A stretch of DNA of 62,780 bases, the filler included, from Choristocarpus tenellus KU-1152 (lineage: Eukaryota; Protista; Phaeophyceae), in NCBI GenBank assembly GCA_964200185.2. It is 10 parts of 10 records of this genome, joined end to end, with 100 filler letters (N's around TTAATTAATTAA, not from the genome) between each part and the next. Parts side by side here need not be neighbours in the genome. Positions count along the whole stretch, not along the records: positions 36,757 to 40,018 come from CAXNAD020021189.1; positions 40,119 to 42,893 come from CAXNAD020024859.1; positions 42,994 to 47,542 come from CAXNAD020014041.1; positions 47,643 to 52,969 come from CAXNAD020011144.1; 6 more parts are not named here. The stretch is one strand, 5' to 3'. The position numbers were made by a program, and so were the translations under genes. The notes under the pieces were generated by a model. The model was not told the origin of the DNA. It saw only the letters and a list, made by a program, of their open reading frames with translations, and searched no databases. Positions 39,386 to 52,783 of the stretch are shown in pieces (within the stretch, counting starts at the first letter, position 1; the number at the start of each line of letters is the position of its first letter).

Positions 39386-41116
39386 TTTCCTGTGTAAACC
39401 GTATACTTTAATCAAGTAATCGTGTATTTGTTGCTACTCTTGGCGACCTACAATCCGGGGTTCGAACCCCGATATGAGCGGTCTTTCTTAAAAATAGAAC
39501 AAAATGGCGAGAAAAAAAACGAAGCCGATACTATGGAGGACATTGTGACGGGCATCACGTATATGCTTTTATTTTTTTAATCCGATGTCTACATCAAAAG
39601 TTCTGACAGGACAACCCCCGAGGGCGAAGGTACTGGTACCACCATAGTATAGTAGTAAAGTACCAACATGGGGGCCAACCGTTTTTAGTTTTGTTTTTAA
39701 TTTCAGATGGGAACGATATTTTTTTGGGGGGAAATGTGCTTGAAAGTCATGTTACAAATCCTCTTTATAATTGACGAAGTTTCATCAACTTTAATTAGAA
39801 GACATGTTAGCTGGGACTAAAAGCCGCTGTAACATACCTCTAAGTGGGTCTGTTCATGCATAGCAAAATATATATTAGCCCTGTCTGAAGATGGGTAAAA
39901 TTGATCTGGTACAAAAGGGTGGGAAAAGTGTCGATATGGGCTTTTTTGTAACTGTTGCGGCGCTTTTTAAGGGCCCCTTATTGAATGGGATATATTTTTG
40001 TTCAAAACTATTTCGGTGNNNNNNNNNNNNNNNNNNNNNNNNNNNNNNNNNNNNNNNNNNNNTTAATTAATTAANNNNNNNNNNNNNNNNNNNNNNNNNN
40101 NNNNNNNNNNNNNNNNNNCCCCGCCCAAAAGAAAAAAACCCCACCCCCCCCCCCCCCCCCCCCCCGCCCGCCCCCTTCCCCAGATACTTTGGATCTTTTT
40201 GTGAAGAAACTACAACGGGGAGGGGATTGTCAAATGTTGAAGTAGGTAGTGTGAGTGTGTTACATGACGGGATGCGACGGGACAAAAAGGTGCCTCTGTT
40301 TCTTGAGGAGTTTGGATAGGTGCGGTAGGTGAAGGACAGGAGAAACAAGCAGCTTGCTGTTTCGTTGAATGGACTGTTCTGTTCTAAGAGAGACCACGTG
40401 ATGATGGGCATCGTCGGAGGCGGTGTTGATTGGTCTCGTTTTTATTTTTTTTTAGTGAAGGCTGTGTTGTGCTGCTGGCGATTGGCGCTCCTGGGATAAG
40501 GATGAGAGTGGCCTCTGTGGCAAATTCTTTCTTTTTTATTTATTTTCTGTATATATGAGATACATGAGTGGGAGATCTTCTCGGGGTGGTCCTCGGTCAG
40601 TCCTTTTTATTTTTGTTATTGTTGTCGTCGTCAGATTTTAGTTTATTTTTTAGTTTATTTGTTTATTTATATTTATATATATATTTATTTATTTATTTAT
40701 TTATTTATTTATTCATTTATTCAATTCAAGTGTGTGGATTGAGTGTGATTCACACAACACAGACTGTGGAACTGATCTGATTTACTTTTGAACCGGTGTG
40801 CTTGTCGCTGGTTTGTAGAATATGGAGTGTTGGCTTTAGATTGTTGCTTATGTTGCTATGGGACGTTTATCTGACCATTAAAAAAAAGAAGTGTAGGCGG
40901 TTGTTGGAATTTGAGGCCGTTTTAAGCGCGTGTCCTGGGAGGGGAAGTAAGCATAAATCTCTTGATGTTAATTTTATTGTTCTGGATATTCCTTCTTATC
41001 TCATAACAATAACTAATGCAAAAGGGTCACGTCCCTAACCCTAATCCAGAATTTGTTGCTGACTGCTTTTCCTGATACCCGGTCCCACCTATTCTCATTG
41101 TGCTCAATACTCTCAG

Positions 41117-41721
41117 GGTGGCTGGCACAGTTGTTCCTGGAAGGCGTTGCTCCTGTACGATCAGAAGATCCATGGGGTTACCAGGCCAAGAAGGCGGTGC
41201 TGGATCACAGGTAGTCGATGCGTTGTGTCACTCCATGTTTCTCGATTGTGACGTATTGTGTGTTCCTTGCCCCCCCTCCCCCCCCTCATTTTTTTCACCC
41301 GAAGATGAAAAAAACGCATTAAGAAACTCCATTTTTTTTTAATGAACCGATGATGCGAATTTTCCGGGTTATTTTGTGCGTATACAGTTTTAATCTTTTC
41401 ATTGATAAAAAAAAAATTAAAATACTTTTTTTTTCTTGTTTTCATTTAAAGATATTTTTTTGTGACTGTCTTTTCAAGTCTTCAAGCAGGGGCCCGTAAT
41501 CCAACACACCACAAACTAGTGTTTTTGTAGTAGTCAGTGGCGAGATTTTATTTTTTGTTGTTGCGTTCTGTGTGTACGCTGCTCTCACGCATTGGATGTA
41601 CACCATGGTTCCGTTTGAATCGATGATCATGGCAGGGAGAACTGGAGTTCCTTCAAGGATCCGGACCTGCGTTATATGGATGACCCGTCTGTGATAACGG
41701 GAAGGACCATGCAGTCGTCCT
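41117..41721 (+). CDS. Two probable internal exons of an unidentified gene (41117-41210, 41636-41721)
   Basis: AG/GT-bounded and phase-compatible: WLAQLFLEGVAPVRSEDPWGYQAKKAVLDHR|ENWSSFKDPDLRYMDDPSVITGRTMQSS. They stand out from low-complexity flanks. Confidence 0.4.
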
Positions 41722-42032
41722 GTGCGTGGGAAGCAACTCAGAACATGATCTCTACCGTGAGCAAGGAGGTGCGATGGGCTGGGATAGTCTTCTGTTGATT
41801 GTCACTTTGGGGTTTGCTATTGTTTCCTTGGCTTGCATGCACGTGGATGATTTCTTTTTTTTAGGGGTGGGGGTAGGGGTGGGTAGGATTCTTTGGATCA
41901 AATCTCCAAGAGGGCACAAATGTGCTTTAGTATGAAATATTTTGGTAGTGTACTTTGTTGTATGCTGTAAGACATTTTTTTTTATCAGAACTTACGCACC
42001 CGTCTTATTATTTTTTAATGATTCGTGTCTAT

Positions 42033-42072
<40 letters not shown>

Positions 42073-42157
42073 ACCCCCCCCCCTACGCCCACGCCCCCCT
42101 CTTCTACGCGTCACNNNNNNNNNNTCGTGCGGATCTTTTTTTTTTTTTTTCTTTTTT

Positions 42158-42190
<33 letters not shown>

Positions 42191-43150
42191 TCCCCCCCCC
42201 CCCCCCCCCCCCCCTCCCCCACCCTTTCCCCAGTAATGTGTTGTATTGTGTTGTAATGTGTTGGTCTTCCTTGAGGGTACTGTAGGAAAAAATAGAGGAC
42301 ACCTTGGTCTTCCTCTCTCTGGATATCGGAACACATGCCTTACCCGTGACCCTAACCCCCAGCCACTATGTTAATGACAGTTTCTTCCCAATTAGTAGCA
42401 AGCCCATATATATATATTGTTACCTTAATAGGGGGGCAACAAATGTGTCTGGTTTGTTCTTACAGGGAGACAACTCTTTAGGACCCCAACTGAAATAATA
42501 GTACTATTTGTGGAGAGCCCTAACCTTAGTATCTCTATTCCTCAATCGAATCCTCACTGACGAGATAATCCTGTGAGCTTATTCACCGATCCTAGTTAAT
42601 CGCTTATTCACCGGGTCAAGGGCTAGATAAATTGTCCAAACACTGGACATCTCTTTGAGTCATGAATGTCTCTCCCACCCCTCTACCCACCCCAGTCTCC
42701 CACCCTCTGTCTTGTTCACCTTAACCTCCCCCCCCCCCCTGTCTCCCTTACTAGTTTACATTGGTTATTAAAACCTGCCACCTTCTTCCTCTGCGGCCCT
42801 TGTCTGATCTCTTTTTTTTTTTCCTCTTTAAATTCCGTCTATCTGCTGCATGCTGTTCGTGGGTGTGAATTGCCTGGGGGGGGCGGGGGGGGGNNNNNNN
42901 NNNNNNNNNNNNNNNNNNNNNNNNNNNNNNNNNNNNNTTAATTAATTAANNNNNNNNNNNNNNNNNNNNNNNNNNNNNNNNNNNNNNNNNNNNGGGGGGG
43001 ATTTTGTGTGTGGGGGGGGGGGGTAGGCGGATTTGACTCTTCGATTTACACAGATCAAGAAATTGGTGATGGGTGTGACTGTATGATGATGTCTCGACTT
43101 TTGCTGCTGTTGGTGAATTCAGTAGTAGTACCATACCATGACGCTGGCTT

Positions 43151-43330
43151 CATTCACAATCCTATTCAGAACAGAACATTGCATATTAGTTGCTGTTACT
43201 AATACTATAGCGATGAAGTCATCACAATCCTATTCTAAACACTGCATATTACTTAGTGTTACTAATGCCATACCACTGACTTCATCCACAATCCTATTCT
43301 GAACTCTGCATATTAATTGCTGCTACTATT
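43151..43330. repeat. Three imperfect ~65-bp repeats
   Basis: Core CACAATCCTATTC..AAC..TGCATATTA..TG.TACTA occurs three times. Confidence 0.8.
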
Positions 43331-43419
43331 ATAAACATTGAACAGTGTGTGTGGTTGCTCTTTTAACATGAAACCCAAGAATGAGTTAAATTGTGATGCC
43401 TGACATATGCGATTCATAT

Positions 43420-43454
<35 letters not shown>

Positions 43455-43483
43455 TACCTTTTGTCTATGGTGCTGTTAACCAG

Positions 43484-44870
43484 GCAGTCATGCCAGCAGG
43501 CCTCACCACCCAGCCCCCAGAGCGGTTCATGGTTGTGGACTCAGAGGGGTCTTGTGGTGCTCTTTCTATATACTCGGTAGGTGGTGTTTGATCTGTCACC
43601 ATCACCCGGATGTTCTCATGCACCACTGTGACATGGTTCAGAGTTCATTGATGTAAGCTGTGCTCTTCGCCTGAAGGCATAGTACAGCCTTTTTTTTTTA
43701 AAAAGAATATATATATATATATATATGTATATGTAATATTATTATTTTTTATTTTTTTCACCCAGCAACTGACTGAACCCAGAAGAGATTTTTGGGGTAC
43801 ACCCTCACTGATGGCTTTAACTTTTGGTATTGATTTCTCGATATGCATATATATATATAAATTTACCTCTTTGAGGATGTTGTTTGGAGTAGGAGGGATT
43901 ACTTGAAGGTGGAATATGCTTGTCAACCTTTTCTCCATTTCAACTGGTTTGGAGTGCATAGTACAGCTCTGTGTCATACTCTGTCTGTCTGTATGCTATC
44001 TCTACAATGTATACGTGCTTCTTGTTTTTGATTGGTGGGTGTATACGTGCTTCTTGTTTTTGATTGGTGGGTTGCTCGTGTGCTGTCCCCCCGATTCTGA
44101 ATTGCCTTGTTGTGAGAAGATCAGCAAGGAGGCTTGCTCACGAATTCAGAGCAGGGACATCCTGACTGTGAAAGACCCTATCCTGCACACGATTCACTTC
44201 AAGGCTGGGGGGGGGGAGGGTCATGGAATGATCTTGTCCTACCAGTGCATACAGGTGTGTGCCTAAGTGGAGGGGGTATTTTTTTTGTCCATGCCAGGGG
44301 TGTGTGGGATTGGGGGGTTTGTCCATGAGCAAAATGTTGACAGGAGAGGTGTGTGGAAATGGATTGGAGGTGTGGGGAGGGAGGGGCGTGCTTGTGTGTG
44401 TGGCAAACACGTGGTGTGATCAAGAGACTGAACCACATTGTTGATTTGTGTACAGACTCTTCATCTCTACGTAGATGGTGGTGGTGGTGGTGGTGGTCTC
44501 ACACTCCTGTATTAATGGTGTGGTAGTATGGCAAAGACTGGAAGACATCTTGCTGGAGATTCTTGTTGAACGAATGCCGCTGTGATGCTTCTACAGCAAA
44601 CACAAAGTATGTTGATGTGCTATGTGATCCTCTTCTTGTTACCATGTTGATGTTATTTCTGTGCTGCACACACACTTGGATTTGTACTCCTTTTTTCTGT
44701 TCTTTTGTTGACTTATTTTTGTCACATACACACTACCTCCCCCCCTCCCCCCCCCCACTCTCTCTCTCACTGTACAGGTGGGGGACCCCAGAACCCTGCT
44801 GGTGAATGGAGAGAGCATGAATAACTCTTATGTTCCTCCTCAAGTAAGCTTGTCAAATTTTGATGAGTGA
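43484..44870 (+). CDS. TTC5: TTC5-type C-terminal OB-fold region, last three exons (43484-43576, 44120-44254, 44778-44870)
   Basis: Spliced product PPERFMVVDSEGSCGALSIYS|ISKEAC..RDILTVKDPIL...SYQCIQ|VGDPRTLLVNG matches the TTC5 OB-domain pattern. Introns are phase-0 GT-AG. Confidence 0.78.
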
Positions 44871-45958
44871 CTTGTGACAAACGCCTCCTGGGTCGCACTT
44901 TTTTTGTATTATGTAAGTCTTCTAACCTTCTAAGGTGCTATACAGTAGTGATATTGTCTTGTATATATATTTTTTACCCTTTCATGAAGTAAGTGCAGAA
45001 CACCTACGGCTGAGGCGATCTGGTTCAAAGGTGTAAAAGACTTGCAGGATATAACTTGGTTGTGCTTGTTAGGGAAGCGATGGGATGTGTCTCAAGTGCA
45101 ATCTCTCCTGCTGCCTGGTCATGAAATATTGTACTACTGATAGTAACTTTTGTTCTTTTCCGCTTGGAACAGTACGCTGCCATCATATTTTTTCTTTCCA
45201 CATGAGGCATAGGGTGCTGTGTGTAGCCCTCCAATATTGGAGGGGCATGACTGGGTTGCTCTTTTTTCATGCACTGTTCTCACATCAGTAGTAGCCTCTT
45301 CTGTATTGAGATGTGATAGTGATATTCAGCGTTTTCCTTGGTGTGAATGCAGTCTTATGTGGGATCTCCATGACAGGGTACTTTTTCAGTCAAGCACCCA
45401 AGCCACATGGGCAATCAATCAGCGTAAGGACATTTTGTGGGCAGGCCGTACGGATTTGAGTAATTCATATTGATTTGCAGAGACCTTATGCAGGTACCAC
45501 GCCCTCATATCACCTTTTCGATTGGATTGAAGCTGACACTAAGGTCCGTGTTCAGGAGTAGGCTGGAGTTGCCTCACACTGTGATTAACATTTAGCAGAG
45601 GGAGGAGTTCTCAACTGCAGTCTATGAACATGCTCCATGTTCACCTGTTCAAAATATGCAAAGAATCGACAAAGGGATGCGCCTTTTGCAGAGACCTAAA
45701 ATTGCCCCCCAGGAGTGAGAGATTTGTACTACTTTACTCCTATAAATAGTTCAGAGTACACAGGACGAAGGGCATCCAGGATTGGAGTTCACCAGTCCTT
45801 CCAAATGAACAATTTGAGTTTAGATTAGAGGCCTGGTTGGATAAATTGTTTTCAGTTGTGTTGAAGCAATGCTGAGAATTTTCTGGAATCCAAGTTTGGC
45901 AGTCAATGTAGCAGTGCCACGTTGCAGCTTGATGTGTGTCTAGTCACTCTCCAGCCTA

Positions 45959-46792
45959 TTAGTGCTGTTTACAGTTGTCTGTGTTGAGTGCATCATGAAT
46001 AAACACGCAGAGTGCTTTGTTCTGGACGTTAACACCTCCCCTGATGTTGAAGATTCCCTCAAGGGTCTCCAACATGTTTAGGCTCAAAGACATACTGTCT
46101 TGAACACTGTTGAGCTTCCCACCGCTGGCTTCCATGCGACTACGAGCTACTTCATCCTGGTGTTCAGTTTCAGGTCCACCACTGATAGTGGAAGTTGGAC
46201 CAAATCCAGATAGAAGTGAACGAACATCAGTGAGAAGAGCTTTGAAACGCCCTTCAAGCTCAGGGGGAATTGAAGATGGAGTGGTGCCTGTTTTGGAATC
46301 AATCTTACCCAGTAGAGCCTGCCAAGCACAGGAGGTGCGCAGTACAGTGATTTGCAATCATAAAACACAGTTAGTGGGAGATGCAGAAATGAATCTGATC
46401 GAGCTGTGGGGATATGTAAAAGAGGGGTGTGCGTTGGTGTAGGTGTACATTGCTCTACTGCAGTTCTATTTGGTTTTAACTAGTAGCACAATTTTGTCTG
46501 GGTAATGCGAAAATGATAACCTACTTTGCGCATGCACAGGTAGCAACCCTACTTGACTTGTATCCTTCATTCCTTATCTTCTAGCACTGGACCAATACCT
46601 TCAAACAAGCAGACACACTGACTGTTCAAAGTGGTACTTCAGAATAGTGGGTGTATCACACCTTCAGTTGAGATGCCCGTAGCATCAAACTCTCTGCACC
46701 ATGAGCACTGATCGGTGTGAACCTCAAGGTCTCCTTGGTACCGTCACTGCTGTTGAGGCCAGAGTCAGTGACAGGCCCAAGCAGTATTACTG
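45959..46792 (-). CDS. 3' exons of an unidentified gene (about 46792-46662 and 46351-45959)
   Basis: Open, protein-like frames bounded by CAG acceptor and GT donor, with stop at 45959. No recognisable motif. Confidence 0.45.
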
Positions 46793-47483
46793 CAGTCCTT
46801 TGACACTTAACTCTCTCCTCACAATGAGGTCTAGTATTATAGTTACAGTCCGTTTTCTTGTCATTTTCACCCAAGTGTTGTTCCTTCATGATTTGAACGC
46901 CATATGGATTCTGGGTATGTGAGGACGCCTTACTGATGTCCAAGGTTTCCCCAGGATCGCCCCACACCCATTGCACACACACTGTGCCTGGCAGTATGTC
47001 ATTGTCCTGTGATAGCCAGAGCACAATGAGGGTTGAGTGGAGGGGGAAAGGTTGGTTAATGTGTGGGGGTACAACTTGGCAGCAAATTTGCAGGAGCTGA
47101 AGGTAGAAAAGCAAACTACATATTTGATTCCACTTAGTTAAGCTCGGCTAAGAACAGCTACTGGTTATGATTCCTTTATTGAAGCTTACACATTGCCATG
47201 TTCATGTAGTTGCAGGCCATGGTTCTACCATTGTTGATTGACGTATTTCTGGAAACATGGTGTACTTGAGGGTACGCTATTTTTTCGGATTCGCAAGAAC
47301 ATCGCAACATAGATGTGTGAAGGTGGTGCGGGCCTGTACAGAAGCTCGGTTTAAGGAAAGCTGAACAGGTGTAAATTCGCGGTCATGGATACATTGTCAC
47401 AGAGATGATGGCACAAGTGGAGTGGTATCACTCTTTGTGGTGCTGGGTTCATATGCAGCCATTGTCAAACAATGTAAATAATT

Positions 47484-47542
47484 GACCCGAAGTATCTGGG
47501 GGGGGGGGGGGGATGCTAAAACAGGGTGGCCATTTTGGTCAA
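47484..47542 (-). mobile_element. Family-2 MITE end, truncated by contig end
   Basis: GACCCGAAGTATCTGGG-polyG matches the reverse complement of the 5820 terminus. A similar fragment lies at ~40119-40195. Confidence 0.7.
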
Positions 47543-47897
47543 NNNNNNNNNNNNNNNNNNNNNNNNNNNNNNNNNNNNNNNNNNNNTTAATTAATTAANN
47601 NNNNNNNNNNNNNNNNNNNNNNNNNNNNNNNNNNNNNNNNNNACCGTTTTCGCAAAACAACCGTCCTCATAGTCCTGCACCATCCTCAATTTTGAGAAAT
47701 CCCTGTTAATTATTTGTAATGTCCCACTAACTTACCATAACATACTGCTGTGTACGTTACTACCTTGTATTGTACTAAACTAAAGATCAACGAACATAAA
47801 AGCTATGTTGTTTACTTGGATCAGCATAAATAACATAAGGATAACATTGGGTTATGCGACCTATTATCAACACTCGCACAACTCAATCTCAAAGACA

Positions 47898-49236
47898 ATG
47901 AGGTCTGCTGTCATGGCTGTTGCTTGTGCCATCAGCATCCAGGCCTTCATGGCCCCCATGTTTGTTTCTCGGAAATGCTCTTTGCAAACTGGCGGAATTT
48001 CATTCTGCAAGTCGATGCATGCAGGTGTTGAACTATCCCACACTTGACCCGCGGCTTTTATGGTGCTTTAGTAAAGGACAAAGAACAGCTTGATGTAGAT
48101 GAACAAAGTTAATATTACAAGGGCCTTTATGTTCTCGATTCCGCTGACTGAGCACGCGGATGAGACTAGCCTAAACCACCATATTATTATTCTACAGTGT
48201 GGGGTTTGTAATCGTCCTAACTAATTTACTATGAATCACTTATTTACTTGTCTTAACAATAATAGGAAGTGTATCTTGAACATGATACAAAAACCAATCA
48301 ACACTACGAGTCAGTACATATAATATATCTGTCACTGGCTCTCCATCCTATTATCTAATCCACCGGTGGTGTCTATGTGTATCAACAGCACTATCTATGG
48401 ACAGCAGGAGCTACCCACTTCCTCGGGTAGTGACACTCTGTCCGTCCTCAGTGCACGCAATGCACTAGTGATGTTGTGTGTGCTCGGCTCATATTTGTTG
48501 TGTGGCCACTGACTGAGGGTGACTGACCATTCCCGCATGGTCAACCTTGCAGAACCTGAGGTTCGTTGTCTGGTCAAGTAACCCAACTCCCTTATGGCTC
48601 GGTGCTTCTGTCCCCCCCCCACACCTCCCCTCTTACAGTGCCCTCAACGGTGCCTCTCTGACTTCCGCTGCCAAGCCATCGACAGTCATGAAGATGTCGT
48701 TGGGGTCTGAAATCAGCGCACAGCCCCCTCTGCGCTTCTTTGACCCTCTTGGGCTTCTGGTCGACGCCGACCAGGAGAGGTTCGAGCGGCTCAGGTATGT
48801 GGAGATCAGGCATGGGCATATCTCTATGCTCACCGTGTCCAGTCACCTGGTCGCGCAGAACACCTGGATGACCGGCATGCTGTCGAACTCGGCGAACCTG
48901 TCCTTCACAGACAAGCCTAATGGTGTGGCCACTCTCTCAAAGATGCCCCCCCTGGGCCTTGCCCAGATCGTGGTGTTGGTGGGTTTCCTTGAGTTGACTG
49001 TGATGAAGAATGCGGAGGGTTCACTCCCAGGTAATTTCACTATCGATGGGAACCTGTTGTACGCCTCTTCTTGGGATGGTATGTCGGAGGAGACCCAGGT
49101 GTCGAAGAGGGCGATCGAGATCAGCAACGGACGTGCGGCGCAAATTGGGATACTGGCGATGATTGTACATGAGGAGCTGTCGATCCAGCCCTAAATCATC
49201 AACGAACTAGTGGGAGCATCATACTCTTTCAACTAG
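47898..49236 (+). pseudogene. LHCF: Fucoxanthin-chlorophyll a/c binding protein (LHCF/FCP) pseudogene. Exon 1 47898-47959, intron 47960-48638, exon 2 48639-49236
   Basis: Presequence MRSAVMAVACA..QAF.AP, then FFDPLGL, ERFERLRYVEIRHGH, KRAIEISNGRAAQ. Premature TAA at 49192-49194 precedes the conserved IINELVGASYSFN* tail. Conserved helix-1 Arg is replaced by His. Confidence 0.93.
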
Positions 49237-52200
49237 GGTGCTGGCGCTGATGGTTTTGGCATCTTAGAGAGTGAATAAACGTTTTTGAGATTTTCCTTGG
49301 GCATCCTTGGCTGATATTGCAGAGAGAGTACCAGTAGCAGATGACTTTTATACAGTTGAGCAGATATGAATCTGTCTTTGAAATCCTTTGACACTGAGGT
49401 GATGGTTTACCCGCACCAATTGTTGCTACATGACACCGAATAGATCAAGTTTAGACAAACATGCATCATCTTTCACGATTTTTGAGGCAGAACTTTGTCG
49501 TGTGCCGTGTCAAACACAGCGCCGGCAACCCTTTCCTGATGGATTCCTTCCGAGACCACCCGTAACTCATGGGTGTATTTCCTTCAACGATTTTTTTCTA
49601 CTGGTGTACAATGTTACCTGGCTGCTGAAGATGAGAACGTCACTATTACACTCCACGAATTGCGCCTACATCTTCTTTGAGAGATGAGATGAGTCGTGAA
49701 CACTAGGTGATCAGAGTACTGACAGGATGATGATTCAAAATAAACTAGAGGTGCCCAAGGTTGCATTTGAAGTATGCTGACAAATAGGTACAAAGTTCGT
49801 CTTCTTTTTCAAAGGGACGTCTAGGATATATTCTGAATTGTGTGTTCGAAATGTTTCAAACAATAGAGAAATATGATTCGCTCTCAAGTCCAACTTAGAA
49901 GTGCATCCATGGAATTGGGGGTGAACAGTAAAGATTGAAAAACAGACTCCAAATGCGAAACGGCGAAAAACCTGGGCACCTCTCGCTTACGTTGGATTGA
50001 CTCCTTGCTGCAATGACAGGAATGACGACAAGCACTCCTCTGTAGTAGTCGTGACCAACTTTGATTACCGCCTAAATTTCCACAAGTTACAGAGTTGTTG
50101 GAAACTTGACTTGTTGATGTCTTTGTATGTGTAGCACTACTTGGAAAAATTCATTGATGAATTGTTTCAATCAATTGTTCAAACGTTTCATAAGTGGTTC
50201 GTGTGTGCCTTAACGGCGGTACATTCTACTTCAAACCGCATCATACAATGGAGATGAATAACAACCACGACCATGGTTCAGTCCTTTCAGCGTAACAGGG
50301 CAATGCTGTGAGCCGAACTTGCATCCGACATTTGTGCAGCATCAAAGAATCCGCAACATTCAAATGCGGCACAGAGACCTTCCAAAGTACATTGCACACG
50401 TTTCCCTATGCAGTCCATGACGCCATGCTGACACGGGTCGTCCCATGTACTTCACTACGTATATGTACGCGTTTCAAACGATAATAATAGACCCCACCGA
50501 GTTAGGAGTGTGGTGGATGGGAAAGACTACGGATTAGCAACAGGGAGTGTTATGGCGCTTGGAACTTTATTGTACGGTTGTCGTTCGTTGCAGTGTCTAG
50601 CAGTGCTGGTACCTGGATGGGCATTATCAATGTAGGTACATGGTAGAACAATAGCTAGTGGTCGCCTAGGGGACTTTATTTTGCCGTTTGTTGTTATGTC
50701 TAACGAAGGTGCTATTTATAAGTACTTGGAAATCCATTGTTGTTGTTGAAGCAATGCTATTGATATAAATAGGACGACTATTTACCTGCGAGGTCCGTTG
50801 TCGTTAATATTCGATAGTAATGTACATACAAGGATCAATGTAGGGTGTAAGGTGTGAACGGGGTTTTCAAGCGATACCGGAATGCCTGAGATAGAAAACG
50901 AAAAACAGACCTCCTGAAGGTGCAAGAGGTGTATCACAAATCCAACACCCATCATCTGACTGGTCCGGAAGGGGGGAGAGATCGTTCCTCAGGGATTTTA
51001 CGTCTACGCCGCTTCCATTATTCTAAATACCACATAATATTCTGCGAGTATCACGTTGCTATAAATATTTCATGCTCTTGCATAATAGTATCATTACTAT
51101 TTTCATTAACTTGGTCGGTACTACCATCGTCCATTGTGTTGTGCAGTTAGTGAGTGGAACTTTGTTCAAACCTTGGTTTGATATGTATTCGTACTTTATA
51201 GATAAAGTATACCATTATGTCAATATATGAATATATTATGTAGAAAATGACCAATTCTTCCAACTTTTCATAAGTGGTTTGTGTGTGCCACAACAGCGGG
51301 ACATACTAGTTCAAATCGCAGTAATACAATATGTCGAATTTGTACATTGGGTTGCATCCTTAAAATGCTACCCTGGGTGCCTCTCGTTTAATTTGGCTCA
51401 ATCCACCTCACCCCCTCACCCCATACACACATATTGGTTCGATGTCGAGGAGCGGTCAACCCACCCATCTACTTGTTATGGTCAGACTCCGGCGTGCTAC
51501 CAGAAGATTGAAGCAATAATGTGGAAGTAGAGGGGGTTGATTTTGGCCATTTCCCTTTAAACCCTCTTCTAGGACAAATGTAGCCTTTCGCAATATTTGG
51601 TTGCATTCCAGATAGAATCATTTGTAGGTTTTATTAAGCTATAACACGAAAGAAGAATGAGCATGATGTTGATTGTGACAATACCAAGAACTTGGTATGA
51701 AGTATGAAATGGAAAATATGAACATGGATCATATGGGAAGGAACTCGGTACGGTCATCTCCAAAGGGGTCATTAAATCTGAGACACCAACAAAAAACCAT
51801 TGATCAATGAAGTGAGGTGCAGGAGTCGAAGGAAAAGTTGTTGTATGGTCTTCATCTTCGCATGTGTTGTTGATGTAGGGTTATCGAGCTTGATAATGAT
51901 ATTCCACAGTTGGTTGTAGAGTGTACAAGAGGTGGGCCAAATCAAAGTAAGCGAGAGGTACGCAGTTTTTGTCCAGTTTGCATTACATCTCAGTTTCATC
52001 ACTCTTTTGTACTTCACCGATATTTCTATGTATTTTACACATTTTTGCAGGTATCCCTAAAATGCAACAACGGATGTCTCTCATTACTTCGACTCAGGTT
52101 GATTGCAACAAGCGGGAAATGACACCACTCCAAAGTCTGACATTCGGCGCAAGAATCTTTTGTTATTCACCTGATATGTATGACAGATCTTCGCGTTTAG

Positions 52201-52522
52201 TTCATATTGTTATCATCGAAAAAGGCAGATGCTAGCTCGAAGCAAACACAATCTTGTTAACACTGACACCACTAATCAATAGTTAGATGAACAACCATGG
52301 CTTGATCTAGGTCAGAAGAAAAGGAATTCCCTAAGGGAGCACGAGTGAAGAACATGCTTGTCGTATGAGAGGATATGCCTCGTAGAATCAATAACTGAAT
52401 GACAATGAAATCCTGTACTATTGGTAGATGATGCCGTCTTACTTATTGTTGCAACGTGTTGCGATGGTGTTACGAAATGAGAGGCAAGAGCCCTAAGAAC
52501 AACAGCAAAAAATAAGACGATT

Positions 52523-52783
52523 GAGTGAAAGTATCTTAGAGGGTACGAGGTTTGCCATGTTTGTCAGTTTGGGGCTTGGCTTCCCGTTCTTTTTTTAAAA
52601 TCCTTTTTTCCTACTCCAAAATGTTTCGGAGTAGGTAAAATGTGTACGTTATGAAAAGGTGTATCCAGAACAAGGAGATTGACACTTTTTAATTAGCATG
52701 ATAGTCAAAATTACATCAAAATCGCAACAATGGAATTTGGCCCCCAAATGAACGCGCCTCTACTCTCTAAGATACTTTGGTTC
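52523..52783 (-). mobile_element. Family-1 MITE, full length, TSD GATT
   Basis: GAGTGAAAGTATCTTAGAGGGTA ... TACTCTCTAAGATACTTTGGTTC. GATT at 52519-52522 and 52784-52787. Confidence 0.92.

Noticed and set aside
39440-39500. tRNA gene
   Set aside because: Only a B-box-like hairpin. No cloverleaf or A-box could be built.
41942-42336. Poly-Pro/Phe/Gly/Lys ORFs (also 53151-53653)
   Set aside because: Translations of homopolymer tracts near gaps; probably non-coding or low-quality sequence.
48547-48638. ORF-track N-terminus of the 215-aa LHCF ORF
   Set aside because: This is intron and polypyrimidine tract. The true presequence is exon 1 at 47898.
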